Below are positions 37,301 through 50,195 of a stretch of 59,542 nucleotides of DNA, one piece after another; the first letter of the stretch is position 1; every line of letters begins with the position of its first letter. Made by a program: the position numbers and the translations under genes. Origin of the DNA: Octopus bimaculoides (lineage: Eukaryota); contig NC_068984.1 in assembly GCF_001194135.2 (NCBI RefSeq), positions 145,902,562 to 145,962,103 on the forward strand, in the 5' to 3' direction. Below the pieces are notes generated by a model. The model was not told the origin of the DNA, made no database searches, and saw nothing but the letters and a program-made list of their open reading frames with translations.

Positions 37301-40300
37301 TCTACCACGAAACCCATATTTCTTTCCATCTATCATACTTCAGCTCCTGGCAAAAAGCCACTTCCTTGAATACAGTTCCCCACTTCAGTTGAGGAGTCTT
37401 GTCTTGCAAGTTACTTGGTGACTTCACTGTACGTGTGTGTGTGTGTTGTGAAACAGTGACAAGTGTGTGTTTGTGTCTCCTTGTCTTGACATTGCATGAT
37501 AGTTGTAAATGAGTGTCACTGTCATACAAGCAGTGTCATATATTCATTTCCCTTATTATGCAGAAACATGTCTGGCCATTGGGGGAAATATTACCTTGCT
37601 TGGAAACAGGTAACAGTTGGTGACAGGAAGGGCATCCAGCTGTAAAAAAATCTGCCTCTATAGACTCTGCAAACATGGGAAAGAGGACATTAAAACGATG
37701 GCAAAGGGAATGACAACACATGCTGCAGGAATTGTTGTAATTAGTTTGTATTTTAGGCATATTTTCCATTTCTTGTATTTATAGAAATTTCAGAATAAAT
37801 TCTTTATTGTCTCTTTAGATCTGATTGTGAATACATCAAACAAGCACTGAAACCTTTTGATTGGACATTCACTACAGATTACAAAGGATCACTTTTCTCA
37901 AAAGACAGTAATTTAGCAATTAGTGTAAGTATATTATTTCATTAGACTCTTTTTTTTGTTTTTCTGGTGGTGTAACTCTTTAGTATTCAAGCTATTTTGC
38001 CAAATGTATTCATCCATCCACCCATCTTCTCCACCCGCTGTTCCTGAGAGGGTCATGTGAGTAGGGTCTTCAGTCACCTCCTCTTCCTTACTACCTATCT
38101 GAGGCAACCATCATTACAGTTGCCAGCCCAACCATCTCATTCTTAGTCTACTCCTAGATCTCCTGCCAGTTGGCTCAGCTTGAAGAATCTGTCTTGTGGT
38201 TCTTTCTTGTGATATTCTAATCACACAGCCCCAGTACCAGAGCTGTGACCTCTCAATGCAGAGATGTGGTAGCTTCACCTGGAGAGACCTATATCATCAT
38301 CATCATCATCGTTTCATGTCCGTTTTCCATGCTAGCATGGGTTAGACGGTTTGACTGGGGTCTGGGGTCTGGGAAGACAGGAGGCTGCACCTGGCTCCAA
38401 TCTGATCTAGCAGTGTTTCTACAGCTGGATGCCCTTCCTAACGCCAACCACTCCATGAGTAGTGGGTGCTTTTTATGTGCCACCAGCACAGGGACCAGAG
38501 GAGGCTGGCAATGGCCACGATTGGTTGGTGCTTTTTGCATGCCACTGGCACGGAAGCCAGTCAAGGCGGCACTGGCATCGGCCACATTTGGATGGTGCTT
38601 TTTATGTGCCACTGGCGTGGGGATCACAATTACAATTTCCATTTGATTTTCATGTTAAATATAAAGCAGTGACATTTCTTTCCATTTTCCATTGATCCAG
38701 GTGATACCAACAACGGAACGAATCAATCTGGAGAAACTAAAACAGCGTGAAAAGATCTTGTTCTATCAGGATATCCTGTTATTCGAAGATGAACTTGCCG
38801 ATAATGGTGCTTCTAAATTGAGTGTGAAAATAGTGAGTTTTTATTTTAGCCTTTCTTTACTTCACTGAACCCTTTTCCAACCCCTTCGTTGCCATATTCC
38901 TGTCGAAATACACTGTTTGTGTTTCAATTAATTTTGAAAATGATGAAGAATTTGGTAAAAGAACTTTGTCGTTCTTAAGCTGGGGTTTGGCGCCATAAAT
39001 CAATGTGAAATTTTGATGGGAAATTTTAATTTGGATCATTTTAAAACAGAAAGTTTTTAACACTGAACCAGAGGTGGTCACAAGTGGATTGGCATCAAAA
39101 GGCTTGTACAAGCACGTTTGGGCTGCTTGCTGGTAGGATGTTTGTTGTTGTTATATAGACCCCAGGTCACCTCTAACTGAGCAAACCTATAAGTAAAGAC
39201 ACTCCATCCATGACCATGCCATCTTTTTGGAGGTATCTAACATATTTGAGGGAGATTTAGCTGGTATTTCTAGCAGATTGAATTCATTATCTTGGTAATG
39301 ATGGAGTTGCTGGTGCGATGCTGGAGCTGAAGGCTGGAATGCCAGGCTGAGATGAAGAAATTTAAGTAAAAGGAACTCAGTACACACATCATTATTTAAT
39401 GTCCACTTTTCCATGCTTGCATGGGTCAGACAGAATTTGTTGGGGGAGTTTTTTCATGGCTGGATGCCCTTCTTGTCACCAACCATCACCTGTTTCCAAG
39501 TAGGGAAATATTTCTCCATGGTTAGATATGTTTTTCACAGGAAGCTGAAAACAAACAACCTCACTTGTTTGACAGGGATGCTCATTTACAACCATCATGT
39601 GATGTGCACACACACACACCTACTAAATTCACTCACAGTCTTTGATCAGCCCAGGACTATAGTAGAAGACCACATGGTTGAGAAGAAAACTTAACTGCAT
39701 AACCATGCCTGCACCTGAAATTTCGTTAGGGTGGTTTTCTTAAGAAATTATCCTGTTTGGTTCTAATTAGTTTTTTCCTAAAAACAATTGAAATTCTCTA
39801 AGATTTTCCCGTCTCCTAAAACATGCAGACTTAATGGTCGATGTCTGTCTTTCAGCGTGTGATGCCGTCTGGTGTGTTTATATTATTGCGATTCTTCTTG
39901 CGTGTTGACAATGTGTTGGTCCGGATAAATGATACTCGACTCTACCACGAGGTGAGTCCATTTTAACTTTTCTTACAAACAATAGTGGTGTATAGAGTGA
40001 GTCTATTTTAGAAACAAGTCACTGCCTCCAATTAATGTATGAGAGAGAGAGAGAGAGAGACTCAGTGTGTCATCATCATCATTTAACGTCCGTTTTCCAT
40101 GCTGGTATGGGTTGGATGGTTTGACTGAGGCCTGGAAAGCCAGAAGGCTGCACCAGGCTCCAATCTGATCTGGCAGAGTTTCTACAGCTGGATGCCCTTC
40201 CTAACGCCAACCACTCTGAGAGCGTAGTGGATGCTTTTTACATGCTACCAGCACAGGAGCCTGTCAGGCGGGCCTGGCTTCGATCACGTTCGGATGGTGC

Positions 40301-43299
40301 TTTTTACATGCCACTGGCACAGGGGCCAGTCAGGGAATACTGGCATCGGCCACAGTCAGATGGTGCTTTTTACATGCCACTGGCACAAGAGCCAGTCAGA
40401 GTGTGTGTGTGTGTGGAAAAATATTTTGATAACTCATCATTATACATACATAACCTGATAGTTGTACTGTTTTAAAATATCTTGATAGGGTGTTTGGAGG
40501 CAACTATTAAAGGGTGTTTTGGAAGCAAGTGTTTGGGGGAACTTCTATATAAAGTGGTGAGTTTGTAGAGTTGTTTAAATGCCAGTTAGAATGACTTGGA
40601 GTATTTGTTCCATATCTCAGTTGTCAAGGTGGACTTCACTTTTTATTTCATCAGAGTTCTACGCAAGTACTGAAGGATTTTAAATATGAATGCAAATGAA
40701 ATTCTCTATCCGTGGGGGAAGGATTTAATCCCAGCCACTTTGCAGAGTGGACTGAGTTATGTTTTATGTGGCACCAGTGAGATCACCAAGTAACTTGGAA
40801 GACAAGACCCTCCTTTTCAGTTGAGGGAGGGGGCTTTGTGCCAGGTGATGACAAGTCAAGTTGTGATTGGGGAAAAAGTGCCTTACTGAAGGAGAGATAC
40901 ATGATTACCCCAGACGGAAAGGGGAGATGTGTCAGGGTGTAGCTTTAAGTAATTGCAAGGTGGATCAAAGGGAAATGGTATGGGTGGGTAAGTTTGTGGG
41001 AGTGTGAGGGGTGAGTGACAGATGGGGATAGAGGGAGATGCAGTGAATATCAAGGTGGAGGAAGTAGGTGTGTGTCAGGGTGGCAATAGGTGGTAGCACA
41101 GGTGATGTGAAGTGTTGGGGGTGGGGTGGGATGCCAGGAAGTATTTTGTAACAAGTCTTGGTAATTACCCTTTCAGGCTGGAACCGATTTTCTTCTTCGA
41201 GAATACACAAGCCGAGATAATGAAGTGTGTGATATCAAAGTAAGTGAATGGAGATTTTTTTTATTTGTTTCAGTCATTGGATCGTAGCCATGCTGGGGCA
41301 CTGGTTTGAAGGGTTTTACTTGAGCAAATCAACCCCGGTACTTATCTTAAATCTTGGCCTAACCGCTAAGCCCTGAGGATATAAACAAACCAACAGCAGT
41401 AGTGGGAGACCAAGCTACACAGATATATATGTGTGTCTGTGTGTGTGACAGGCTTTCACTCAGTTTCTGTCTACCAAATCCACTCCCCAGGTATTGTTGA
41501 CCTGGGGCTACAGTAGAAGGCACATGCCCAAGGTGCTACACAGTGGAACTGAACCCAGAGCCATGTGGTTGCAAAATGAGTTTCTTAACCTCTTATTAAT
41601 AAATGAAACTATTTGTAGATGAGGATATTTGGTCATCCACCAACGTCCATAGTTATAATCATGTGATCAACTAGAATATCGAATGTTGTTATACATCACT
41701 GATCACAGTGCACTTCTCATTGGTTTAGCTTTGAAATGATGCTAGCCTCGGGTGAGCAGGCCAACTTTTCCTTTGATCAGAAGGCTACTCTATTGCATTG
41801 GTACCTGTTTACAGCTTAGTGGACTGAAACACTGTGAAATGAAGTGTTTTGCTCAAGAACACAACACACAGCTGGTCTGGGAATTGAAACCACCTGACCT
41901 CTAAGCCATGTGTCTTCACCCATAGTTATAACACCATTGTAAAATACGTTCAGTTAATGTTACTACATAAGATTTCAGCTAAAACATTTGAGAGAGCATT
42001 TTTATGGCCAGAGTCTGTTCCTGCCACAAACCCTTCACTGTTTGTCAGGTAAGACATCCTCTTATTCTACTCTTCCACTCACCTTCAAAAGAGGAGATTG
42101 GCTGATGATGATGGCAATGGGCAATGTGGACACCAGAGAGGGACAAGCTAAGCTGTAAAATGTTGATGTTTATGCACATGCATATACATGCATCATCAAC
42201 ATCATCATCCTCATCATTAAATGGCCATTGTCCATGTTGGCATGCGTTGGACAGAAATGATGTTAGGGTTTGTCTGGGATCATTTTTGCCCAACCCATGC
42301 TCACATGAAGATCAGACTGTGTGATAGGGATTCAACAAATAGTATAGCACTTGGTCAATTAAGGGAGCAAAGATATTATTACAATAAAATCCTCCTCAAG
42401 TCTTGTTAAATACAGCCACCCAGGGTTTCCTCATCAAATGTTAATTTATTTCACCATTTCCCAAGTTGATAACAAGCAAAAAAAAAAAAAAAGCAAGACA
42501 GTTTGTCAACTGCATTGAAAGCAGTTGACGTTTGAATGGGAATGCTCAGACTGAAAAAGACAACAAAATGTGTAATGTTCTTTGTAACATTGGTTATCTC
42601 CCATGTGTTAGTTTCCTTTTTATTTTTATGAGATATATATATATATATAGACGCAATGAGTTTCCATACAGTTTCCATCTACTAATTCCTTTCACAAAGT
42701 GTTGGACTAGGGCTATAGCAAAAGGCACTTTCTCAGGGGATTGTACAATGGGGCTGAACCCAAAACCATGCGGGTGGGAGGTGGTGACCCACTTTACTAC
42801 ACTGCCATATCTGCACCCAGAGTAAATATGAAGGATGTTAGAACAAATAGCTGTTTGTTGTGGGCAGGGTTATGGAGAGATGCCGAAATTATGGTTCAGT
42901 TATTACTTTTCCATTTCTCTGAAGTCAGTAAATATTGGGGATTGATTTAATTGGGTCTGGTTTGGTTGTGAGGTTAAGAAGTACATCTTGAAACTGCATG
43001 GTCTCAGGTTCAGTCCCACTGTACAACCACCTTGAGCAAGGGTCTTCAACAAAATGGCATTACTTTTTGACTCACCCTCGTATGTAGGTGGTGCCCCAAC
43101 ATGGCCAGAGTCCGGTGATGGATGAAATTTGTTGAGGCAGATGTTCTGCAACTTGATGCCCTTGTTGCCAAATCTAACCTATTTCCAAACAAAGTAACAT
43201 TTCCTATGGCCAGGCATGTTTTACACAGAGAACTGGAAACAAACAACATCCCCTGCATAACGCTGATGCTCATTTACGACCGTCACATATGAAAATAAG

Positions 43300-43355
<56 letters not shown>

Positions 43356-46300
43356 GCCGTTTCATGTTCGCAGGAATGTCTTATTCCCAACTCCTCAACA
43401 GTGTTTTCAAAATGGCCTGGCAACACCATCCAACAGACTATTTCTTCATCTTTCGCTATTACACACATCTCTGCATATGGGTTTATTTATAAAAAGGGGA
43501 CATTTTGTTGGTTTCCCTCCTAACTTGTTTTTCTTGATAACTCTAGGACATGACTTCTTTAAATGATTTAACATTTTTTTTTCAATCCTTTAGCCATGGG
43601 TAGAGACGGTACCCATGATCTTTTACAGGACCTCTTAGGGGTGAAGAGGCATGGCCAGTGTTTAGGGTGTTGTATCAGGCCATGTTTTTCATTCGCTGTC
43701 CAGGCAATGCGTTGTGCTCTTGATGAGTAAAGTGCGTCATTTTGCATTGCTCCAGTCCACTCGGCTGTAAGTGGGTAACCTGATGATAGACTAGTGTCCA
43801 GTTCAGGGAGAATATTGTGAGAATATAACGCCATGGGAATCGGGTAACTGGCCCTATGAGTCTTAGGACTTGAAACAATAATATCCAGGGGTTGTTGATG
43901 ATGATGATGATGATGATGAACCTGGTTGGAAGGAAAAAGGGAATTAAATGAATCGAATTAGTCATTCTAACATGAATCATATTAATCATTCTAATATAAA
44001 TCGTATTAATCATTCTAATATGAATCGTATTAATCATCCTCTTGAAACTATTATTGCTGTTGGAAACTGTTGTGGCAGACACCCAGGTGAGAAGTGGGCT
44101 GGTCCACTACTAAAAAAAAGTAAAAAACTGTCAGTAAGGTCAGTCAGTGAGGTACACTGTTGGTCAAACTGCTGTTTCTTGCTGCGTTGAAGTTATTTTG
44201 TCTTCATACAAAGGCTATGGGCTTTTTTTCTCTACAACGAGACATAAATGGGCAAATTTAATGAAATCTTTCGAAGGAAATTGTTATGTCCCACTTTATG
44301 ACGACGTATTTCGTCGTCTCTGCAGGACTGGCGTACCTCAATAACTGACCTTACTGAATGCACCATTCCACTGTTTATTGGTAGTGGACCAGCCCATTTC
44401 TCACCTGGGTGTGTCCACCACAACAGAAACATTATTGAAAATCACAATGGCTACTCAAGTTGGTTTATTATATTACAAGGATACTCAATGTTACATTATG
44501 TCTCTTTGGCCTAACATCCATACTACAAAATACTACAGGGTATTGTGTCCTACCCTGCAGCAATTCCCAGTTTGTTCCTATACCAGTGACATTGCCTTTT
44601 TTTTTTCCATTTGATTTGCAGCAACTTTTGATGATGGAAGTACTGAGCCTACAGTCTCTCTCTCTATCTCTCTCTCTCTAGCTCTCTCTCTCTCTTTCTC
44701 TCTCTATCTCTCTCTCTCTCACTCAAATGGAAATAGCAAGAAACACTACCAATTTATTATAAACTACCTACAAATGATAAATTGCCACAACTACTGTCTT
44801 GATGTCTATCCTAATATTGAAGGTTTTATATTTTCTACTCGTTTCACTCATTGGACTGCAGCCATGCTGGGGCACCATCTTTAAGGGATTAGTCAAACAA
44901 ATTGACCCCAGTGTTTTATTGTTTTTTAAGCCTGGTACTTATTTTGTTAGTTTCTTTTTGTTGAACCAATAAGTTACGGGGGACATAGACTAACACCTGT
45001 TGTCAAGCAGTGACGAGGAAGAAACACACACACACTTCTATCAATATATACAGTGGCTTTCTTTCAGTTTCCTTCCACCAAAACCACTCATAAGGCACCA
45101 CACAGTGGGTCTGAACCCAGAACTGTCTGGTTGGTAAGCAAACTTCTTACCACACAACCACGCCTGCACTTTTTTTTGTATGTTCTGTTTTTTTACAATA
45201 AATTCAAAAAACAAACTGGATCTGAAAGTAACAGGGTCTCATATTCAACTGCACAATGGTAATATGAGATACTTTTTTTTTCAAGATGGCGGGGAGTGCT
45301 TATTTCCAATTTTTTAAGGTTATAGTATCTGAGGTTAATGCCATAAGTGCTTTTATTGTGAATAAAATGAATAGTATTAATCATTCTCTTGGAAATGTTT
45401 TTGCCATTAGAAACATTATTAAAAATCACAATGGCTACTCAAGTTGGTTTATTATATTACAAGGATACTCAATGTTACATTACATCACTTTGGCCTAACC
45501 TCCATTTGTGACCTTGTTTATCATCATCACCATCATTTAACGTCCACTTTCCCATGCTTGCATGGATCAGACAGAATTTGTTTAGGCAGATTTTCTACAG
45601 CTGGATGCCTTTCCTGTCACCAAGCCTCACCAGTTTCCATGATATGTGTTTTGTTTAAGACTGGAAGCAACCAATCTTGTCTGTATGACGAGGATGCTTA
45701 TTTACAACCATTATGTGGTGGTTGTAAATAGAAATTACCAAAACTATTTCCAGACAGTCCCTGTCTGTATATATTTTTGCTGTAGTTTCAGCTCAGAGCT
45801 GCAGCCATGCTGATGTTTACAATTATGAGCTTTGACTACAGCATTAGAGTATTTTAGCTCTTATTTCTAGCAATGTAGGTGTTTCTAACACCCTAGTCAT
45901 ATTTAATGACAGTTATAGTTTTCCTTTTTGGTAAAACATTGCACACTGCCATCTGGCCTCATGGAGGCAAAGTGGCTGAGTTCCTTTCAAACATTGGGCC
46001 TCACGCAGGCAGTGAACAAAATCTTTAGCATTATGTTGTGCTTGAGAAGAAGACCCCCCATCAAGCTGAGCAAAATTGTAGTCGTAGCAGATACCAGTGT
46101 CATACAAATGGCACCAGTGCCGGTGGCATGTAAAAGCACCCATTACATTCTTGCAATGGTTGGCGTTAGAAAGGGCATCCAGCCTCAGAAAACCATGCCA
46201 AATCAGACCGGAGCCTATTGCAGCTTGCCAGCCCAGTGACCGTTTATTTTTAGAATGATATTGCAGGGTAGGTGTGAGAGGCCAGACCTGGCTGGTTTGA

Positions 46301-46594
46301 ACACAGAAACATGAAACAGGTGGAATTTTAGGCTGGCTGCACCCATTTTAAATGCTGCAAGCTTAAAGATTGCAAAAACGGTTTGTTGAGAATCTGAAAC
46401 AAATTCAGGAATTATAATGCTGTATTTATTATTTTCAGGTGCCACCATTTGTACTTAATGACCCTAACGAGGTATGCCACTACCTGACGAAGAGAACCGA
46501 ATTCTTTGAGAAACTCCATTTACCAATTAGTAGCAATCAAAGTCAGACGGAACCGAAAGTAGAATCTAGAAATACTGAAGCAGTACTAAGGTGA
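34239..46594 (+). CDS. TIPRL: TIP41-like protein (PP2A-family regulator), 7 coding exons, 283 aa
   Basis: Exons 34239-34357, 36551-36730, 37819-37924, 38701-38832, 39856-39951, 41177-41239 and 46439-46594. Motifs [101 protein letters not shown] and DPNEVCHYL match TIPRL. Confidence 0.96.
36551..36730 (+). CDS. TIPRL: TIPRL coding exon 2
   Basis: [35 protein letters not shown]. Confidence 0.95.
37819..37924 (+). CDS. TIPRL: TIPRL coding exon 3
   Basis: [15 protein letters not shown]. Confidence 0.95.
38701..38832 (+). CDS. TIPRL: TIPRL coding exon 4
   Basis: [44 protein letters not shown]. Confidence 0.95.
39856..39951 (+). CDS. TIPRL: TIPRL coding exon 5
   Basis: [32 protein letters not shown]. 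Confidence 0.95.
41177..41239 (+). CDS. TIPRL: TIPRL coding exon 6
   Basis: [21 protein letters not shown]. Confidence 0.93.
43946..44040. repeat. About 24-bp tandem repeat, about 4 units (AATCGTATTAATCATTCTAATATG)
   Basis: Direct inspection. Confidence 0.8.
44068..44425. mobile_element. MITE with TGT...ACA termini, long TIRs and a 5-bp TSD (Ginger-like)
   Basis: TIR TGTTGTGG(CA/TG)GACAC(AC)CCAGGTGAGAA(G/A)TGGGCTGGTCCACTAC plus a subterminal inverted segment; GAAAC at 44063-44067 and 44426-44430; paralogous empty site with a single GAAAC at 45410-45414. Confidence 0.8.
46439..46594 (+). CDS. TIPRL: TIPRL terminal coding exon
   Basis: [29 protein letters not shown]... then TGA. Confidence 0.93.
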   Translation: MPPFVLNDPNEVCHYLTKRTEFFEKLHLPISSNQSQTEPKVESRNTEAVLR

Positions 46595-46750
46595 TGGCTA
46601 TTGCAATTCGGGAAAGAACTGTGAAACGAGAGGTTTCGCTTGTCCGAGCAGGAAATTCTATACATGTTGTGAAACAAACAATAATTTAACATTGGTTGAC
46701 CTGAGTTCCTATCAGCATTCTTTACCGAGCGGGGCAAATGTGTATATAGT

Positions 46751-46781
<31 letters not shown>

Positions 46782-47348
46782 GTATGAATACACATACATG
46801 CACACACACGCATATTTTTTAATATTTTAATTTTTTATTTATGTGTGTTTGTATATATGTGTAAGTGCATGCATATATGAATATATATGTGTGTCTACAT
46901 AAGTAAGTGTGTATATATTTATGTTTGTGTGCATAGATATACATGTATTTGTATATACATACACATATATTTATATGCAGACATATGCTTATGTGTGTGT
47001 GTGTATATATATATAATCATATATATTCATGTGTGATTGTGTGTGTGTGTCTGCAGTTGTGTATATACTATCATCATACTTGTATTTCATTATCATCAGG
47101 ATCATTTCAGTTTTTGTAATGTTTTTACAGTTGCAAAATAAACCACAAATAAAGAAAGAAATAAAGAAAAATTGTTTCTCAAAGTATTGCATGGGGCTGT
47201 CCTTTATTTATTGTGTGTGTGTGTGTGTATATATATACATATATATAGGTTCAAAAAAACACAAAAAACAATAACAAAAAAACAACAAAGTGAGGATGTG
47301 ATACGGATAGTGTTATTGGACGCTCGGGAAAGGAAAGAGAGAGTGTAT

Positions 47349-47375
47349 GACGTTTCGGGCGTAGCCCTTCGTCGG
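47349..47375 (-). ncRNA. Hammerhead-like motif of Penelope pLTR type, variant core
   Basis: The minus strand reads CCGACGA-A-GGGC(uac)GCCC-GAAAC-GUC, followed downstream by CAATAA; U4 is replaced by C and stem I is weak. Confidence 0.5.
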
Positions 47376-47519
47376 AAAGATGGAAAGTTCGGAGAATGGA
47401 AAAACGGAGAAAGAGGAAAATGGTACCGATGCCCACGAGGTTACATTGTGAAAAGACCGGAAGAGGAGGTGGTGGAGGAAAAGTTCTTTCTAAGACAGGA
47501 GAGTGAAAAAGGGAGATGA

Positions 47520-48430
47520 ATATCTGTGCGTGTGCGAAAGTCTGCGAGTGTGTGTGTGATAACAACGTGTGTGTGTGTGCATGGTTTGGTGGTTTATCTG
47601 TTTGTGTGTGACGTAGTGGAAGGAATTAGTAGCAGGAATAGTTAGTGGATGCTTATGGACAATATTAAGTGGAAGGTCAACAGGCGGTTTTTGAGTTTGT
47701 GTTGGGTACGTGTACGTGTGTGTGTGTGTTTTGTATGCGCGCGTGTGTGTGTGTTTTTGTGCGTACGTATGTGTATATGTGCGTTGCTGTGTACGTCTGT
47801 GCGTGTGTTGTTTATGCCCATGTGTGTGATTGTATGCGTGTCTTGTGTGAGTGTGTAGTGTTGGTGAGAAGTGGATGTGTGCGCGTGTGTGTATTTTTTT
47901 TTTTTTTGTGCGTGCGTGTATGTGTATATTGTGTATGTTTTCGTGCGTGCGTGTGTGTTGTGTATGTGAGAGGTGTGTGTGAGAACGTAAGGATGTGTGT
48001 TATTTTGTGTGTGCATGTGTATGTAGGCGTGCGCGTATATATGGGTGTGTGTCTCTACCACTGTGCGTGTGTGTATGTATGTGCGTTCGTCTATACGTGT
48101 GTGTGAGGGCGCGCATGTATGTGGGAGGTATGTGTGAATGGGGGTATGTNNNNNNNNNNATACGTGTGTGTGAGGGCGCGCATGTATGTGGGAGGTATGT
48201 GTGAATGGGGGTATGTATGGGTTGTCAGGTGTGTGGGAGGTATTTGTGAATGTGGGTTATGTGTGCAAGGGTGTGTGTGTGTGTATGTTTGCGTGATTGT
48301 TAGCGTGTGTGTGTATGCGCAAGTGTGCGTTTGTATAAGTGTGTGGGCGAGTCTGAGCGTGTAAGTGCATGCATATGTGTGGTGTGTTGGGGGGTAGGTG
48401 TGCTTACATGTGTGGGTATGTGTGCGTGTA
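47520..48430. repeat. Long degenerate (GT)n low-complexity tract
   Basis: Direct inspection. Confidence 0.9.
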
Positions 48431-49534
48431 GGAAGGGGTGAGATAAATTGTGGAAAAATGTAGTGAGTGTAATAACAAGAGAATAATGGATATAATGTAA
48501 AGGGGACGAGGGGGGGATAAAAAAATAAAAATAAAGAAAAGTGTTGCATAGACGTAAAGGGGAGAGTCATAAGGAGGNNNNNNNNNNNNNNNNNNNNNNN
48601 NNNNNNNNNNNNNNNNNNNNNNNNNNNNNNNNNNNNNNNNNNNNNNNNNNNNNNNNNNNNNNNNNNNNNNNNNNNNNNNNNNNNNNNNNNNNNNNNNNNN
48701 NNNNNNNNNNNNNNNNNNNNNNNNNNNNNNNNNNNNNNNNNNNNNNNNNNNNNNNNNNNNNNNNNNNNNNNNNNNNNNNNNNNNNNNNNNNNNNNNNNNN
48801 NNNNNNNNNNNNNNNNNNNNNNNNNNNNNNNNNNNNNNNNNNNNNNNNNNNNNNNNNNNNNNNNNNNNNNNNNNNNNNNNNNNNNNNNNNNNNNNNNNNN
48901 NNNNNNNNNNNNNNNNNNNNNNNNNNNNNNNNNNNNNNNNNNNNNNNNNNNNNNNNNNNNNNNNNNNNNNNNNNNNNNNNNNNNNNNNNNNNNNNNNNNN
49001 NNNNNNNNNNNNNNNNNNNNNNNNNNNNNNNNNNNNNNNNNNNNNNNNNNNNNNNNNNNNNNNNNNNNNNNNNNNNNNNNNNNNNNNNNNNNNNNNNNNN
49101 NNNNNNNNNNNNNNNNNNNNNNNNNNNNNNNNNNNNNNNNNNNNNNNNNNNNNNNNNNNNNNNNNNNNNNNNNNNNNNNNNNNNNNNNNNNNNNNNNNNN
49201 NNNNNNNNNNNNNNNNNNNNNNNNNNNNNNNNNNNNNNNNNNNNNNNNNNNNNNNNNNNNNNNNNNNNNNNNNNNNNNNNNNNNNNNNNNNNNNNNNNNN
49301 NNNNNNNNNNNNNNNNNNNNNNNNNNNNNNNNNNNNNNNNNNNNNNNNNNNNNNNNNNNNNNNNNNNNNNNNNNNNNNNNNNNNNNNNNNNNNNNNNNNN
49401 NNNNNNNNNNNNNNNNNNNNNNNNNNNNNNNNNNNNNNNNNNNNNNNNNNNNNNNNNNNNNNNNNNNNNNNNNNNNNNNNNNNNNNNNNNNNNNNNNNNN
49501 NNNNNNNNNNNNNNAAAAGGCAGAGCTGTTCGCG

Positions 49535-49590
<56 letters not shown>

Positions 49591-49614
49591 TATATATATT
49601 AATATATATTATTG

Positions 49615-50180
49615 TCATCATCATCATCGTTTAACGTCCGTTTTCCATGCTGGCATGGGTTAGACGGTTTGACTGAGGACTGGCGAGCCAGAAGGCTGCA
49701 CCAGGCTCCAATCTGTTCTGGCAAAGTTTCTACAGCTGGATGCTCTTCCTAACGCCAACCACTCCAAGAGTATAGTGGGTGCTTTTACACGCCACCGGCA
49801 CGAGGGCCAGTCAGGCGGTTCTGGCAACGACCACACTCAAAAGGTGTTTTTTATGTGCTACCTGCACGAGAGCCAGTCCGGCGGCACTAGCAATGACCAT
49901 GCTCAAATGTTGTTTTTCACGTGCCGGTAAGGAGACACTGGCAACGATCATGCTCAAATGGTTATTTTTACATGCCATTGGCATGGGAGCCAATCCGCGG
50001 CCCTGGCAACGATCACACTCGGATGTGCTTTTAACGTTCCACTGGCACAAGTGCCAATCAGGCGGTACTGTCATCAGCCACGTCAGCAATTTCGATTTTG
50101 ATATCACTTGCCTCAGTAGGTCTTCACAAGCAAAGTTTATGCCAGTGGGTGTAACCAGCCCACTTATGAGTACCCCCTCA
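49615..50180 (+). mobile_element. Family B copy with about 5 internal units of about 65 bp
   Basis: The repeated unit GGTG(C/T)TTTTTA(C/T)GTGCCACCGGCACG...CCAGTCAGGCGG...CTGGCAACGACCA is visible at 49776-50090. Confidence 0.7.
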
Positions 50181-50195
50181 TTCATTGGACAATAA

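Noticed and set aside
46484-46505. CTGACGAAG...CGAA hammerhead-like string
   Set aside because: It lies in TIPRL coding sequence, has no stem II, and reads GAAT rather than GAAA.
48091-48217. About 56-bp direct repeat
   Set aside because: The copies sit on either side of a 10-N gap, so this is most likely an unmerged contig overlap.
47642-48364. Cys/Val- or His/Thr-rich ORFs (also Leu/Ser-rich ORFs at 3278-3692 and poly-Ile at 54048-54540)
   Set aside because: They are translations of GT, CT and ATT microsatellites.
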